Positions 9,118-17,177 of a DNA stretch of 48,235 bases are shown here, piece after piece. Numbering within the stretch: position 1 is the first letter of the stretch; each line of letters opens with the position of its first letter. The notes under the pieces were generated by a model. It had not been told where the DNA came from. It saw only the letters and a list, made by a program, of their open reading frames with translations, and did not search any database. Both the position numbers and the translations under genes were made by a program. The DNA is from a virus (taxonomy: Duplodnaviria > Heunggongvirae > Uroviricota > Caudoviricetes), in the IMG/VR virus record IMGVR_UViG_3300028805_000076, positions 72,165 to 120,399 of that record. One strand, 5' to 3'.

Positions 9118-10422
9118 TTATTGTTTTAAAATATCTATTATATCATTTACATTATGAAAACATTTATCACCTAAAAAAGTGTCTTGTTTTTCTTTTGTGA
9201 AATATAAAAGTTGAATATTGTTGTCTTTACAAAATTGTTGTTTTATAATATCATTTTTATGTTGCGAATCAAATCCTTGTTTACCGCCCAAACCATTGAT
9301 AATTTCAAAATGGAATTTTCCTTGACATTCTATTGCAATATTTTTTTGAGGAATAAAAAAATCAAGTTTTAAAGGTAGAACATTTTTTAAACCATTTATA
9401 ACATGCTGAGTTTTATATTCAATTTTATTTTCTTCTAGCGTTAATCTCATTTCTCGTTCTAATTTACTTTCTGAACATGTGGGACATCCGCAACCATTTA
9501 AATGAAGATAATATGATTGATTAAAATTCCCGTGGATAGGACACTTTATATTAATTTTATAATTGCTATTATAAATTGTGCTTTCGATATTATTAACATC
9601 ATAAATATATTTATTGCCGTGAATTTTATTAAATCTTTCAATTAATTCGTTTGTTGTTGGCTTAACTTTTTTATTACATTTTGGGCAACCATTTCCACAT
9701 TGTATTTTTGATGGTGCTGCCATCCATTTATAACCACAAATTAAGCACTTAAACATAATTTTTTCACCCATTGATTTATAATCGTCAATAATTTCTAAAT
9801 GTCTATTTTTAAGATTTGAATCTACTATAAATTCATTCACTTTTTTTTTATGTTTTTCACGAGCACAAAATGGACAACCCTTTTGCAATACTATGTGTTC
9901 ATGAGGTGTTTTTGTAAAAATTCCGTGTTCTTTACAAATAATTTGAATTTTATCATTTGGTGAAGAGTCTTTAACTAAACTATAATCATATAAATCACCA
10001 AATATTTTAACTGCTTCTGAAATTATCATATTTTTTGTTCTAAAATTATCAGAACATTTTGGACAACCTTGCTTTTGATTAATGTGCGAATAGGCAATTT
10101 TTTCAAAATCGCCATGTTTTTTACAAGTAATTATTACTTTATCTGTAGAATTATTACATATACTTTTATCATATGTAAAATTATCACCAAAAATTTCTTT
10201 AGACCATTTTATAAAATTTTTGGTTGTAAATTTTTTATTTTTAGTCCTAATTTTACCATTATAAACATCTTGCGGTAACGCTTCAATATATTCATTTGTA
10301 TATGTATCAAATAAAATAACTTTAGTTCGATTGTTTATGTATATTGTTTTATCGAAAGTAAATCTATCACCATATTTTTCAACACAACGTTTTTCAAATG
10401 TTTCTTGCGTGGTTTTTCTCAT
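9118..10422 (-). CDS. Free-standing putative homing endonuclease (Zn-ribbon-like repeats plus Vsr/DUF559-like nuclease)
   Basis: Four Cys-rich repeats (C..HG.F...H...GCP.C type) and C-terminal LKLDFFIPQKNIAIECQGKFH...DIIKQQFC; same repeat type as 3921-5213. Confidence 0.75.
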   Translation of the reverse strand: MRKTTQETFEKRCVEKYGDRFTFDKTIYINNRTKVILFDTYTNEYIEALPQDVYNGKIRTKNKKFTTKNFIKWSKEIFGDNFTYDKSICNNSTDKVIITCKKHGDFEKIAYSHINQKQGCPKCSDNFRTKNMIISEAVKIFGDLYDYSLVKDSSPNDKIQIICKEHGIFTKTPHEHIVLQKGCPFCAREKHKKKVNEFIVDSNLKNRHLEIIDDYKSMGEKIMFKCLICGYKWMAAPSKIQCGNGCPKCNKKVKPTTNELIERFNKIHGNKYIYDVNNIESTIYNSNYKINIKCPIHGNFNQSYYLHLNGCGCPTCSESKLEREMRLTLEENKIEYKTQHVINGLKNVLPLKLDFFIPQKNIAIECQGKFHFEIINGLGGKQGFDSQHKNDIIKQQFCKDNNIQLLYFTKEKQDTFLGDKCFHNVNDIIDILKQ

Positions 10423-10493
10423 AGAATATCTATTTATATATAAATATATTATTTATAATAATAACAGAATTTTATATAAAAAATAATTACAAA

Positions 10494-10871
10494 ATGACTT
10501 TTTATATTAGAAAAAATAGCATATTACCACAAATACGGATGGAGTTGATTGAAGATGGTCGCAACGATTTTTGGAAATTCCATGACTGTGTACAGAATGC
10601 TGATATAACATTCTCTATGAAGAATATGAATACTGGTCTATACAAGATATTGAATGCTCCTTGCTACGTGAAGCTCAAGGAAAACAATGGATGTACGGAA
10701 CAATATGTAATTTGCTATGACTGGAAACAAAGGGATACAAAGGAAAGTGGTGTGTACGAAGGTACGTTTGACATTACCTTTGCTGATGATATAAAGTCTG
10801 ATGTTACAACTTATCCAAGCGGTCTGCAACGTATGCCAATAAGAGAGAAATTAATGATTAATATAGACTAA
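10494..10871 (+). CDS. Small beta-rich virion protein, BppU N-terminal (baseplate upper) domain-like
   Basis: Pattern ITFSMKN...YDW...DT..SG.YEGTFDITF resembles BppU-N domains (recalled, not searched); TATTTATA upstream at 10450-10457. Confidence 0.5.
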   Translation: MTFYIRKNSILPQIRMELIEDGRNDFWKFHDCVQNADITFSMKNMNTGLYKILNAPCYVKLKENNGCTEQYVICYDWKQRDTKESGVYEGTFDITFADDIKSDVTTYPSGLQRMPIREKLMINID

Positions 10872-10872
10872 T

Positions 10873-11031
10873 ATGGAAAAAATTAGAGATTACGAATTGG
10901 ATAAGGATGAGCAGATGATTGGTGGTGAACCAAATGGTACACCAACCTATTTCCATGTCAATGAATCATTAATAAATGAAATCATAAAGGATGAAATAGA
11001 GTATATGATATTAGAAATGAAAAATGACTAA
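10873..11031 (+). CDS. 52-aa small protein, below the ORF-track cutoff
   Basis: ATG10873 MEKIRDYELDKDEQMIGGEPNGTPTYFHVNESLINEIIKDEIEYMILEMKND-TAA. Tightly packed after the previous stop and carries the VNES-L-x-EII motif seen in other late genes. Confidence 0.6.
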   Translation: MEKIRDYELDKDEQMIGGEPNGTPTYFHVNESLINEIIKDEIEYMILEMKND

Positions 11032-11074
11032 AACACTCTACCTATAACTGATTATATTAAATAATTTATAAAAA

Positions 11075-12223
11075 ATGGTAATAACAAATGAATTAAGGGA
11101 TTTGTTTAAGATAGTAAGGACAAAATTAGGTGCACCAATCAGACAAGTACAATTGACTGATGACCAATTATGTGACTTGTTGGAAATATGTGTTGGAGAT
11201 TATGCTGAAAAGGTTCAAAACTGGATAATTGAGCAGAATTGGCTCAATCTTTACGGTAAGAATTCATTCTTGCAGAATCCCCAAGACCTTGCATTCGCAT
11301 TGACCACAAGAACAATGGATTTTTCAAGGGATTTCAGCTATTGGTTCTCTCGTGAAGTTGGGCTGCAACAGAGAGGTTCTTATGAGCTTAAAAAGGATTT
11401 CTTTAGGGTTGAAAGAGGAAAACAATGTTATTTAATACCCGCTGGACGTGAAATAAATCGAGTAATGTATGTTACCCCATCCACTACAAAAGCAGCTTTG
11501 TATGGTAATTTAGGCACTCTAGATACTGGTATTGGTGGAGGCTTTGGCCAATATGGTAATATGGGTAATGGAATGGGTATTACTGGCTTCTATGTTGGTT
11601 CTGCTTATGACACAGTATTGCTTGCATCGGACTTGAAGTTCAAGAATTCGTTGTTGAGAGGTGATTTGTGTTATAAAGTAACTGCTGGTCCAGATGGTAC
11701 TCATATAATTCACTTGCTATCAACTCCAGGTTCACCAAATATGATGGGTGGAATTGCCTCTGATGATTCTTGGGGTTGGAACAAATTTGCCAACTGTATT
11801 GTTTGGTATACATATTACGATACATCTCAAGGCAATGGGGATTCTTTGGCTTGTGCATTGGAAAACAAGGATGATATACTTATTACACCAGACCAAATAC
11901 CTTTGAACAAGATGAGGTTTGAGTTGATGAACGAACCAACGCAAAACACTATACGTCAGCTATTGGTTGCTGAAGCAATGATTACTCTTGGTATAATACG
12001 AGGTACAAATAGTGGTGTTATTAAGATACCAGATGCAGAACTTCAACTTGACTACAATATGTTGCTTGATTTGGGTAAAGCAGAAAAGGAGAGGGTATAT
12101 ACTGACTTGAAGGAAAGACTTGAAAGAATGCTTCCTTGGAATATGATTAAGAATATGAACGATATGACAAATCAGACAATAGAAATATTGAAGGCAAAAC
12201 CGTTAGGATTATATGTAATATAA
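11075..12223 (+). CDS. Neck / head-tail connector protein (T4 gp13-like)
   Basis: LGAPIRQVQLTDDQL N-terminus, Gly-rich middle, C-terminal LGIIRG...IP...L.LDY..LL..GK.EKE...L..., a typical layout for gp13-like neck proteins of large phages. Confidence 0.6.
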   Translation: MVITNELRDLFKIVRTKLGAPIRQVQLTDDQLCDLLEICVGDYAEKVQNWIIEQNWLNLYGKNSFLQNPQDLAFALTTRTMDFSRDFSYWFSREVGLQQRGSYELKKDFFRVERGKQCYLIPAGREINRVMYVTPSTTKAALYGNLGTLDTGIGGGFGQYGNMGNGMGITGFYVGSAYDTVLLASDLKFKNSLLRGDLCYKVTAGPDGTHIIHLLSTPGSPNMMGGIASDDSWGWNKFANCIVWYTYYDTSQGNGDSLACALENKDDILITPDQIPLNKMRFELMNEPTQNTIRQLLVAEAMITLGIIRGTNSGVIKIPDAELQLDYNMLLDLGKAEKERVYTDLKERLERMLPWNMIKNMNDMTNQTIEILKAKPLGLYVI

Positions 12224-12398
12224 AAAAAGAGTCGGTGAGTAATTTCATCGACTCTTTTTTGTATGCTTTTCTATCATACTTCTTTTTGCTCTTGTGAACA
12301 ACAGACGGTCTCAAGCTGAGCAATTTCCCATATTGTTCAATTTCAGCTTTACGTCTTGCATCTTCTTCAAAATTGAAATTTTTTGTCTTGCGTTTCAT
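12147..12398 (-). CDS. Small basic protein with ArfA-like K/R motif; frame runs through an intrinsic terminator
   Basis: ATG12398 MKRKTKNF...LSLRPSVVHKSKKKYDRKAYKK, with its own Bacteroidota-type promoter. The first in-frame stop (12147) lies about 75 nt beyond the terminator U-tract. Confidence 0.6.
   Translation of the reverse strand: MKRKTKNFNFEEDARRKAEIEQYGKLLSLRPSVVHKSKKKYDRKAYKKESMKLLTDSFFILHIILTVLPSIFLLSDLSYRSYS
12222..12260. terminator. Bidirectional intrinsic terminator
   Basis: aaaaaagagtcg-gtga / tcat-cgactctttttt hairpin with A/T tracts on both sides. Confidence 0.85.
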
Positions 12399-12422
12399 AT
12401 ATTTAATATTTTTTAGATTTTG

Positions 12423-12454
12423 CAAATATATGCATTTTTAAGTTAACGCGCAAA
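12423..12454 (-). promoter_or_regulatory. Bacteroidota primary-sigma promoter (-33 TTTG, -7 TAnnTTTG)
   Basis: Minus strand TTTG (12454-12451), 20-nt spacer, TATATTTG (12430-12423) then CA; 25 nt upstream of ATG12398. Confidence 0.75.
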
Positions 12455-12480
12455 TTTATAATTATAAAAAATGTTAAAAA

Positions 12481-13353
12481 TTACATAAAAAATTTCAAAT
12501 CCTCAATCATTAATGGGTTTGTGACAATTTCCACGCTACCATCAGCATAATAAACTCTGAAAATACAGTTATTGAAAGGTTCTAATCTATCAAATATTTT
12601 CTCTTTCGTGAAGAATTTTGCATCATAAGTAAATTCACACTTGTTAATGAACATCATATCAAACAAAGACAAATCCTCGTTTGATGACAAGAATTTTTCC
12701 TTGAAGTTTTCATCAGTATTTATCTTGTTTATTGTTTGTACTCTATTCAGCATTGATGTAACAAATCCGTTTTCCATAAACGTTTCCCACTTGAATTTCA
12801 GCCGTTCGAGATTGTTGTCGTTTATGATGATATTGTCGAAACTCTGCCATCTTAATGTGGTTTCTGATTCGTGATTTGATATATCAGATAAATATGGTCT
12901 TACAACGAAAAACATTATGCCGTTATTAGCTTCTATCATATATTTCTCGTTTTCGAATCTGACATCATCAAACACATAATTCTTTTTTGGGTCTATTCTT
13001 TCAAGCAATTTGTTAACGTGCCAATCACAGTTATAGTTTCTGATAATATCAGTCCCTATAAACTGCATTATCTCTCTTGTATTGTGAAATGTTTTATTGT
13101 TAAGTTTATCACTTATTATTTCTATCGGTATTTCGGTTCTTTTAGAAATTAGTTGCTGTTTCTGTTCGTCAAATTTAACTTCAAAATCAGACCGTTTCAT
13201 ATTGTTGACTTCATCAACAGTTGTCTCAAATAATTCGGCTATCAATTCCTTTAATGGCATTGCGAAATACATACGTTCGTAACCAAATCTTTCACATATG
13301 TGTGCCAATTCTGTCTTTCCATTCCTAATTCTACCAGAAAATCCGATAATCAT
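12481..13353 (-). CDS. Deoxynucleoside monophosphate kinase (T4 gp1-like) with C-terminal extension
   Basis: P-loop IGFSGRIRNGKT, FAMPLKE, REIMQFIGTD, FDDVRFENE, HESET. Confidence 0.85.
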   Translation of the reverse strand: MIIGFSGRIRNGKTELAHICERFGYERMYFAMPLKELIAELFETTVDEVNNMKRSDFEVKFDEQKQQLISKRTEIPIEIISDKLNNKTFHNTREIMQFIGTDIIRNYNCDWHVNKLLERIDPKKNYVFDDVRFENEKYMIEANNGIMFFVVRPYLSDISNHESETTLRWQSFDNIIINDNNLERLKFKWETFMENGFVTSMLNRVQTINKINTDENFKEKFLSSNEDLSLFDMMFINKCEFTYDAKFFTKEKIFDRLEPFNNCIFRVYYADGSVEIVTNPLMIEDLKFFM

Positions 13354-13652
13354 TTCTTATCAACATTTTGCACATTTAGTTTGTCTATAAGCTCGTTGAA
13401 CTTATCTTTTGGCATATATCCAACTTCCTTGTGAAGGATATTATCATTTTCATCCAAGAAAAATACGGTTGGAATGCTTCTTACATTATTCTGTTCAATG
13501 AAATCAAAATCCTCTCCACGAGCATTATCAACATTAATTTCCTTGAAATCTATTGTATCATTGTGTTCCTTCTCAACCTCTAAAAAAATTTGCTCTAAAG
13601 CCTTACACGGAGCGCACCATCCAGCGCCACATTTAATAATCTTTTTAATCAT
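13350..13652 (-). CDS. trx: Thioredoxin
   Basis: WCAPC active site and RSIPTVFF cis-Pro motif; ATGA overlap with the kinase gene. Confidence 0.9.
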   Translation of the reverse strand: MIKKIIKCGAGWCAPCKALEQIFLEVEKEHNDTIDFKEINVDNARGEDFDFIEQNNVRSIPTVFFLDENDNILHKEVGYMPKDKFNELIDKLNVQNVDKK

Positions 13653-13660
13653 AATTTAAA

Positions 13661-15370
13661 TCATTTTGTTCTTTTCTTTATTTTATTTAAAACTGAATTC
13701 ATGGATAATACTTTTTCAGTTTTATTTTGTGCTATATTTGAAATTGTAATTGGTTTCTTTCTGTTTTTTTCAATAAAACTTTTAATTGAATCTATATCAG
13801 TAGCTGATTCTGAAAATTTAATTTTTTTCTTTAGACTTTCATATTCAGATACAGACATAATGATGGAATATTTAAGATAATCATCATCATCAATTATTGA
13901 CAAATTGTGTTTTGCCCTAGTAATTGCAACATATTTCAAGTTCCTTTCTTGTTCCTTCTCCCAATCCTTTTCCATTCGCTTTAGGTTAATGTCAAACAAA
14001 GACCAACACAAAATATGTACATTATTGCATTCAAGACCCTTTGCCTTATGAATGGTAGATAATGAAATTCCATCCTTTTCATCATTGTTAAATATCTTGT
14101 CAATCCTTTCAAGCAATTCCGTTCTAGTTTTTAATCCTTCAGACAATATGATTATTGTATTAATGTTGTCTATTAGACTTCTACAAGTTGAGTTGTTAAG
14201 AGCAGTATATATATCACACATTTCCCTATTACATACAAATTCTACTGTCTTGAAAAATTGTCGATATAGCTGTGATATTATACCATCATTTGTCAAAGAC
14301 TGCCCTATGTTATCTGCACTTGTGCCTTCAATAAGTTCAACAATATCCTCATAGCATCCTTTGCCATTCATATGGCATTTCTTACCCATAGCTATTAGGT
14401 TCAAATAAAGTCTAACCAAAGGAGCGTTGTTTCTGCACAGTACCATATCACCATCTTGAATGTTTTCAATCTTGCCGTTAAAATTTATGTTGCCACATAC
14501 ACCGAAACAGTTCCTCTCAATACCAAATACAATTTGGGCAGCAAAGTCAACAATTGAGTCATCACATCTGTAGCAAATTGGAAGTGGCATTGATATTGTG
14601 TTTGGTGTTTTTGACAAATTATCAAACGATTGTGAATCAGCACCAGAAAATGCATATATTGATTGAAATTTATCTCCACAAAATATATATCTTGTACTTA
14701 TCTTTCTACATTTAAGTACAATTTGCTGTTGTGCTATTGACAAGTCTTGCGCTTCATCAACAAATATATAGTCATAACTTGGGAATCTATACGGCAGTAC
14801 ATTTGGCAACCAAACCATATCAGCATAATCTATTGTTAAAATATTTTCTTTGCCCCATTTTAGAAGCTTTTTTGTCACTTCCATTTCATCATACAATGGC
14901 ATTATTCCAAACTTATTTGCTGTCAATGCAATTCCTTTTATACCATCACATAAATTGTTTCTACAAAAAATCAGCAAGTGCTTTATATTTGATATATATT
15001 TTTGCTGCTCGTTGTTTGACATTTTATAGAAATATTCAGTATATTTTTCAATATTTGAATATAGTTCCTTATGATACTTGAACTCATCTACAGAAGGATT
15101 AAAATCGTTATTCATTTTAATTATACTGTATCCCAAACTGTGAATAGTAGAAATTTTCAAGTTTTCAATACCAACTGATTTTTTTGTTATATCATTGATA
15201 ATATCTTTATTGAATGCACAGTAAAATTTTGTAGTATCGGCTCCTATCGCTTTCATTATCTCAATTAGCGTTGAAGTCTTACCACAACCAGCATAAGCTT
15301 GTATCATAATATTCCCATTTCCATTGACAACTTTGTCTATAATTTCCTTTTGATATAAACTTAATTCCAT
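13661..15370 (-). CDS. UvrD/Rep-like superfamily 1 helicase
   Basis: Walker A AYAGCGKT, Walker B VDEAQD, GDKFQSIYAFSGA, STIHKAKGLE, YVAITRAK. ATG at 15370 (the track start is TTG15397). Confidence 0.92.
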   Translation of the reverse strand: MELSLYQKEIIDKVVNGNGNIMIQAYAGCGKTSTLIEIMKAIGADTTKFYCAFNKDIINDITKKSVGIENLKISTIHSLGYSIIKMNNDFNPSVDEFKYHKELYSNIEKYTEYFYKMSNNEQQKYISNIKHLLIFCRNNLCDGIKGIALTANKFGIMPLYDEMEVTKKLLKWGKENILTIDYADMVWLPNVLPYRFPSYDYIFVDEAQDLSIAQQQIVLKCRKISTRYIFCGDKFQSIYAFSGADSQSFDNLSKTPNTISMPLPICYRCDDSIVDFAAQIVFGIERNCFGVCGNINFNGKIENIQDGDMVLCRNNAPLVRLYLNLIAMGKKCHMNGKGCYEDIVELIEGTSADNIGQSLTNDGIISQLYRQFFKTVEFVCNREMCDIYTALNNSTCRSLIDNINTIIILSEGLKTRTELLERIDKIFNNDEKDGISLSTIHKAKGLECNNVHILCWSLFDINLKRMEKDWEKEQERNLKYVAITRAKHNLSIIDDDDYLKYSIIMSVSEYESLKKKIKFSESATDIDSIKSFIEKNRKKPITISNIAQNKTEKVLSMNSVLNKIKKRTK

Positions 15371-15423
15371 TTCAAATGTTAAAATATTATAATACAATTA
15401 TATGTAAAATAATTTACAAATAA

Positions 15424-15464
15424 AAAAAAATCTCATACAAGCTGAACTTGTATGAGATTTTTTT
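15424..15464 (-). terminator. Intrinsic terminator ending the 16897-15658 transcript
   Basis: Perfect 18-bp inverted repeat aaaaaaatctcatacaag / cttgtatgagattttttt. Confidence 0.9.
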
Positions 15465-15490
15465 GTCGAGAATAACCGTATATAAAATTA

Positions 15491-15634
15491 TAATAAAATC
15501 TATGATTCTACTACATTTTATTTCTTGCTTCAACGAAACATTGCTTTTTAGGAACATAATGTTCGGTCATCCGCAGTGGGTTTCTCCACAAGCGTAAATT
15601 CGGCAGTACGGCTACCTATTTTTTATTAGAATAT
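15491..15634 (-). ncRNA. TnpB-associated omegaRNA-like / transposon right-end remnant without tnpB CDS
   Basis: Minus strand ataggtagccgtactgccgaatttacgcttgtggagaaacccactgcggatgaccgaacattatgttcctaaaaagcaatgtttcgttgaagcaagaa translates as IGSRTAEFTLVEKPTADDR, resembling the C-terminal tail of phage TnpB ORFs that overlaps the omegaRNA (recalled similarity). Several stem-loops are present, and upstream codons are broken by stops. Confidence 0.55.
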
Positions 15635-15657
15635 GTGTTAACTGTTACAAACCCTAA

Positions 15658-16368
15658 TTAGGCAAGAGCGCTCTTAATAGCGTTTACCAAAGTTGGGTTG
15701 TTCTTCAAGCTGTTGATAAGCTGATTGAAGTAACGCTGTGCATCGTCATCACCGTCATTAGCGAAACAAGACTCGGTAATTGGCTCTGACTGTTCAGCCT
15801 TTTCTCGCAGCTTCTGCCCAACAAACTCGATAATTTCACCCCTATCGGCATTTTCCAAGTCGATTTCACCATCCCATCCTTCCTCAACTACAAGATGCAC
15901 AAGCTCCTTGCGGTTAAGAGTCTCGATGTTAATAGCCTCTTCGGATGCTTCCTCACAAGAAGGCTGTTCAACAGCGTCCTTAGGAAGGAAACGACCATGA
16001 GCATCACGCTTTGGTGTAGAAGGTACGGTCTTTGGGGTGGTTGTACGCTTCGTAGCAGTTGCCAACTTCGATGCTGGACGCTTTTCTGAAGCAGTACCTT
16101 GTACATGTCCCTTCTCGATTTCATCCATCGACATAACAACCACGGTCAGACCAAATGCTGTGAGTACGCTAAGATACGTAGCGAGTGAAACATTGGTCTT
16201 GTTAAGAACGTTATTTACCTCACTAACCGATACGCCAAGCATATCTGCTACTCCCCTAGTGGTGAGAGATTGCTCACGCATAATGGTCTTAACCCTCTCA
16301 CACACATCGTTGAGAGCTTGCTGTGTCAATGAGCGACACGCGGCAAGAAACTGATTCTTATTTTTCAT
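15658..16368 (-). CDS. XRE/Cro-like helix-turn-helix protein with C-terminal extension
   Basis: LTTRGVADMLGVSVSEVNNVLNKTNVSLATYLSVLTAFG fits an HTH_3-type pattern; higher GC than flanking genes. Confidence 0.7.
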   Translation of the reverse strand: MKNKNQFLAACRSLTQQALNDVCERVKTIMREQSLTTRGVADMLGVSVSEVNNVLNKTNVSLATYLSVLTAFGLTVVVMSMDEIEKGHVQGTASEKRPASKLATATKRTTTPKTVPSTPKRDAHGRFLPKDAVEQPSCEEASEEAINIETLNRKELVHLVVEEGWDGEIDLENADRGEIIEFVGQKLREKAEQSEPITESCFANDGDDDAQRYFNQLINSLKNNPTLVNAIKSALA

Positions 16369-16415
16369 TTGTTTTAAAAAAAATATAATTGTTAAACAAT
16401 ACGTAAATTCTTGTT

Positions 16416-16444
16416 AATATCTTGGCTTATAAAGCCAAGATATT
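16416..16444. repeat. 13-bp perfect inverted repeat between the two GC-rich genes, with no U-tract
   Basis: aatatcttggctt-ata-aagccaagatatt. Confidence 0.8.
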
Positions 16445-16465
16445 TAAAGTAGAGGCAATCAGCTA

Positions 16466-16897
16466 TTAAGGAAGCTGAAAGATTGGCTCACCGAAGAGTG
16501 TGTGGTCAATAACCTTTGCACCTACTGGTACACGTCCTTCACACCACTTAAGCTCACGAGTCTCTGTGCGAGTAGCACGAGGTGCACAAGTTGCACGAAC
16601 TGTGCGTGTCTCACAAGGAACGGTTTCGGTGATAGGTCCGCGATTTGCCCAATCGCAAGCCTTTGCGGCCTTTTCAAGGTTGCGGTACTTGCCCATATCC
16701 TCGTTGAACTTGATTGTTCCGCGAGTGGTGTAAGCGTAGTTGCTACGAAGTGGCTTGTCCACTTGTACACAGATTCCATCTGGCTCTCTTTCATCACGGA
16801 CAGCCCTACGTGTCTCACGGCAGCAAGAAGTATGCGTTGGAACTTCCTCAACTTCTACGGTAAGTACGATGCCACCAAAATCAAAAGTCTTCTTCAT
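16466..16897 (-). CDS. Hypothetical protein (143 aa)
   Basis: ATG16897 MKKTFDFGG follows an A/C-rich leader (aaacacaatcaaacg). The track's longer N-terminus is AT-rich promoter DNA. Confidence 0.7.
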   Translation of the reverse strand: MKKTFDFGGIVLTVEVEEVPTHTSCCRETRRAVRDEREPDGICVQVDKPLRSNYAYTTRGTIKFNEDMGKYRNLEKAAKACDWANRGPITETVPCETRTVRATCAPRATRTETRELKWCEGRVPVGAKVIDHTLFGEPIFQLP

Positions 16898-17023
16898 CGT
16901 TTGATTGTGTTTGTTTGTGAATAATTTAGTTATTAATTCTCGTTGTTCTTTTGTTCTGTTACGATTATATAGAAGAAAATCGAAAAACAAAAAAAACTTG
17001 TTGTTAAAAAATGTTAAACATTG

Positions 17024-17062
17024 TTTTGTATCGTCAGAAACAAGTTCGTAATCGATACAAAA
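17024..17062. promoter_or_regulatory. 10-bp inverted repeat upstream of the GC-rich operon, possible operator
   Basis: ttttgtatcg (17024-17033) and cgatacaaaa (17053-17062) with a 19-nt spacer. Confidence 0.4.
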
Positions 17063-17177
17063 TGAATATATACAAAAAAAATGACGAAACAAAATTTTTC
17101 GCCATTTTTTTATTATTTTTTTTTTTATTATTGATACTTCATCCAAAGACTGTTCATTTTATCAATAATTAATTTTC

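Noticed and set aside
16898-17146. 83-aa N-terminal extension of the 16466 ORF
   Set aside because: Low-complexity AT-rich intergenic DNA (K/F/I-rich translation) containing promoter-like and palindromic elements.
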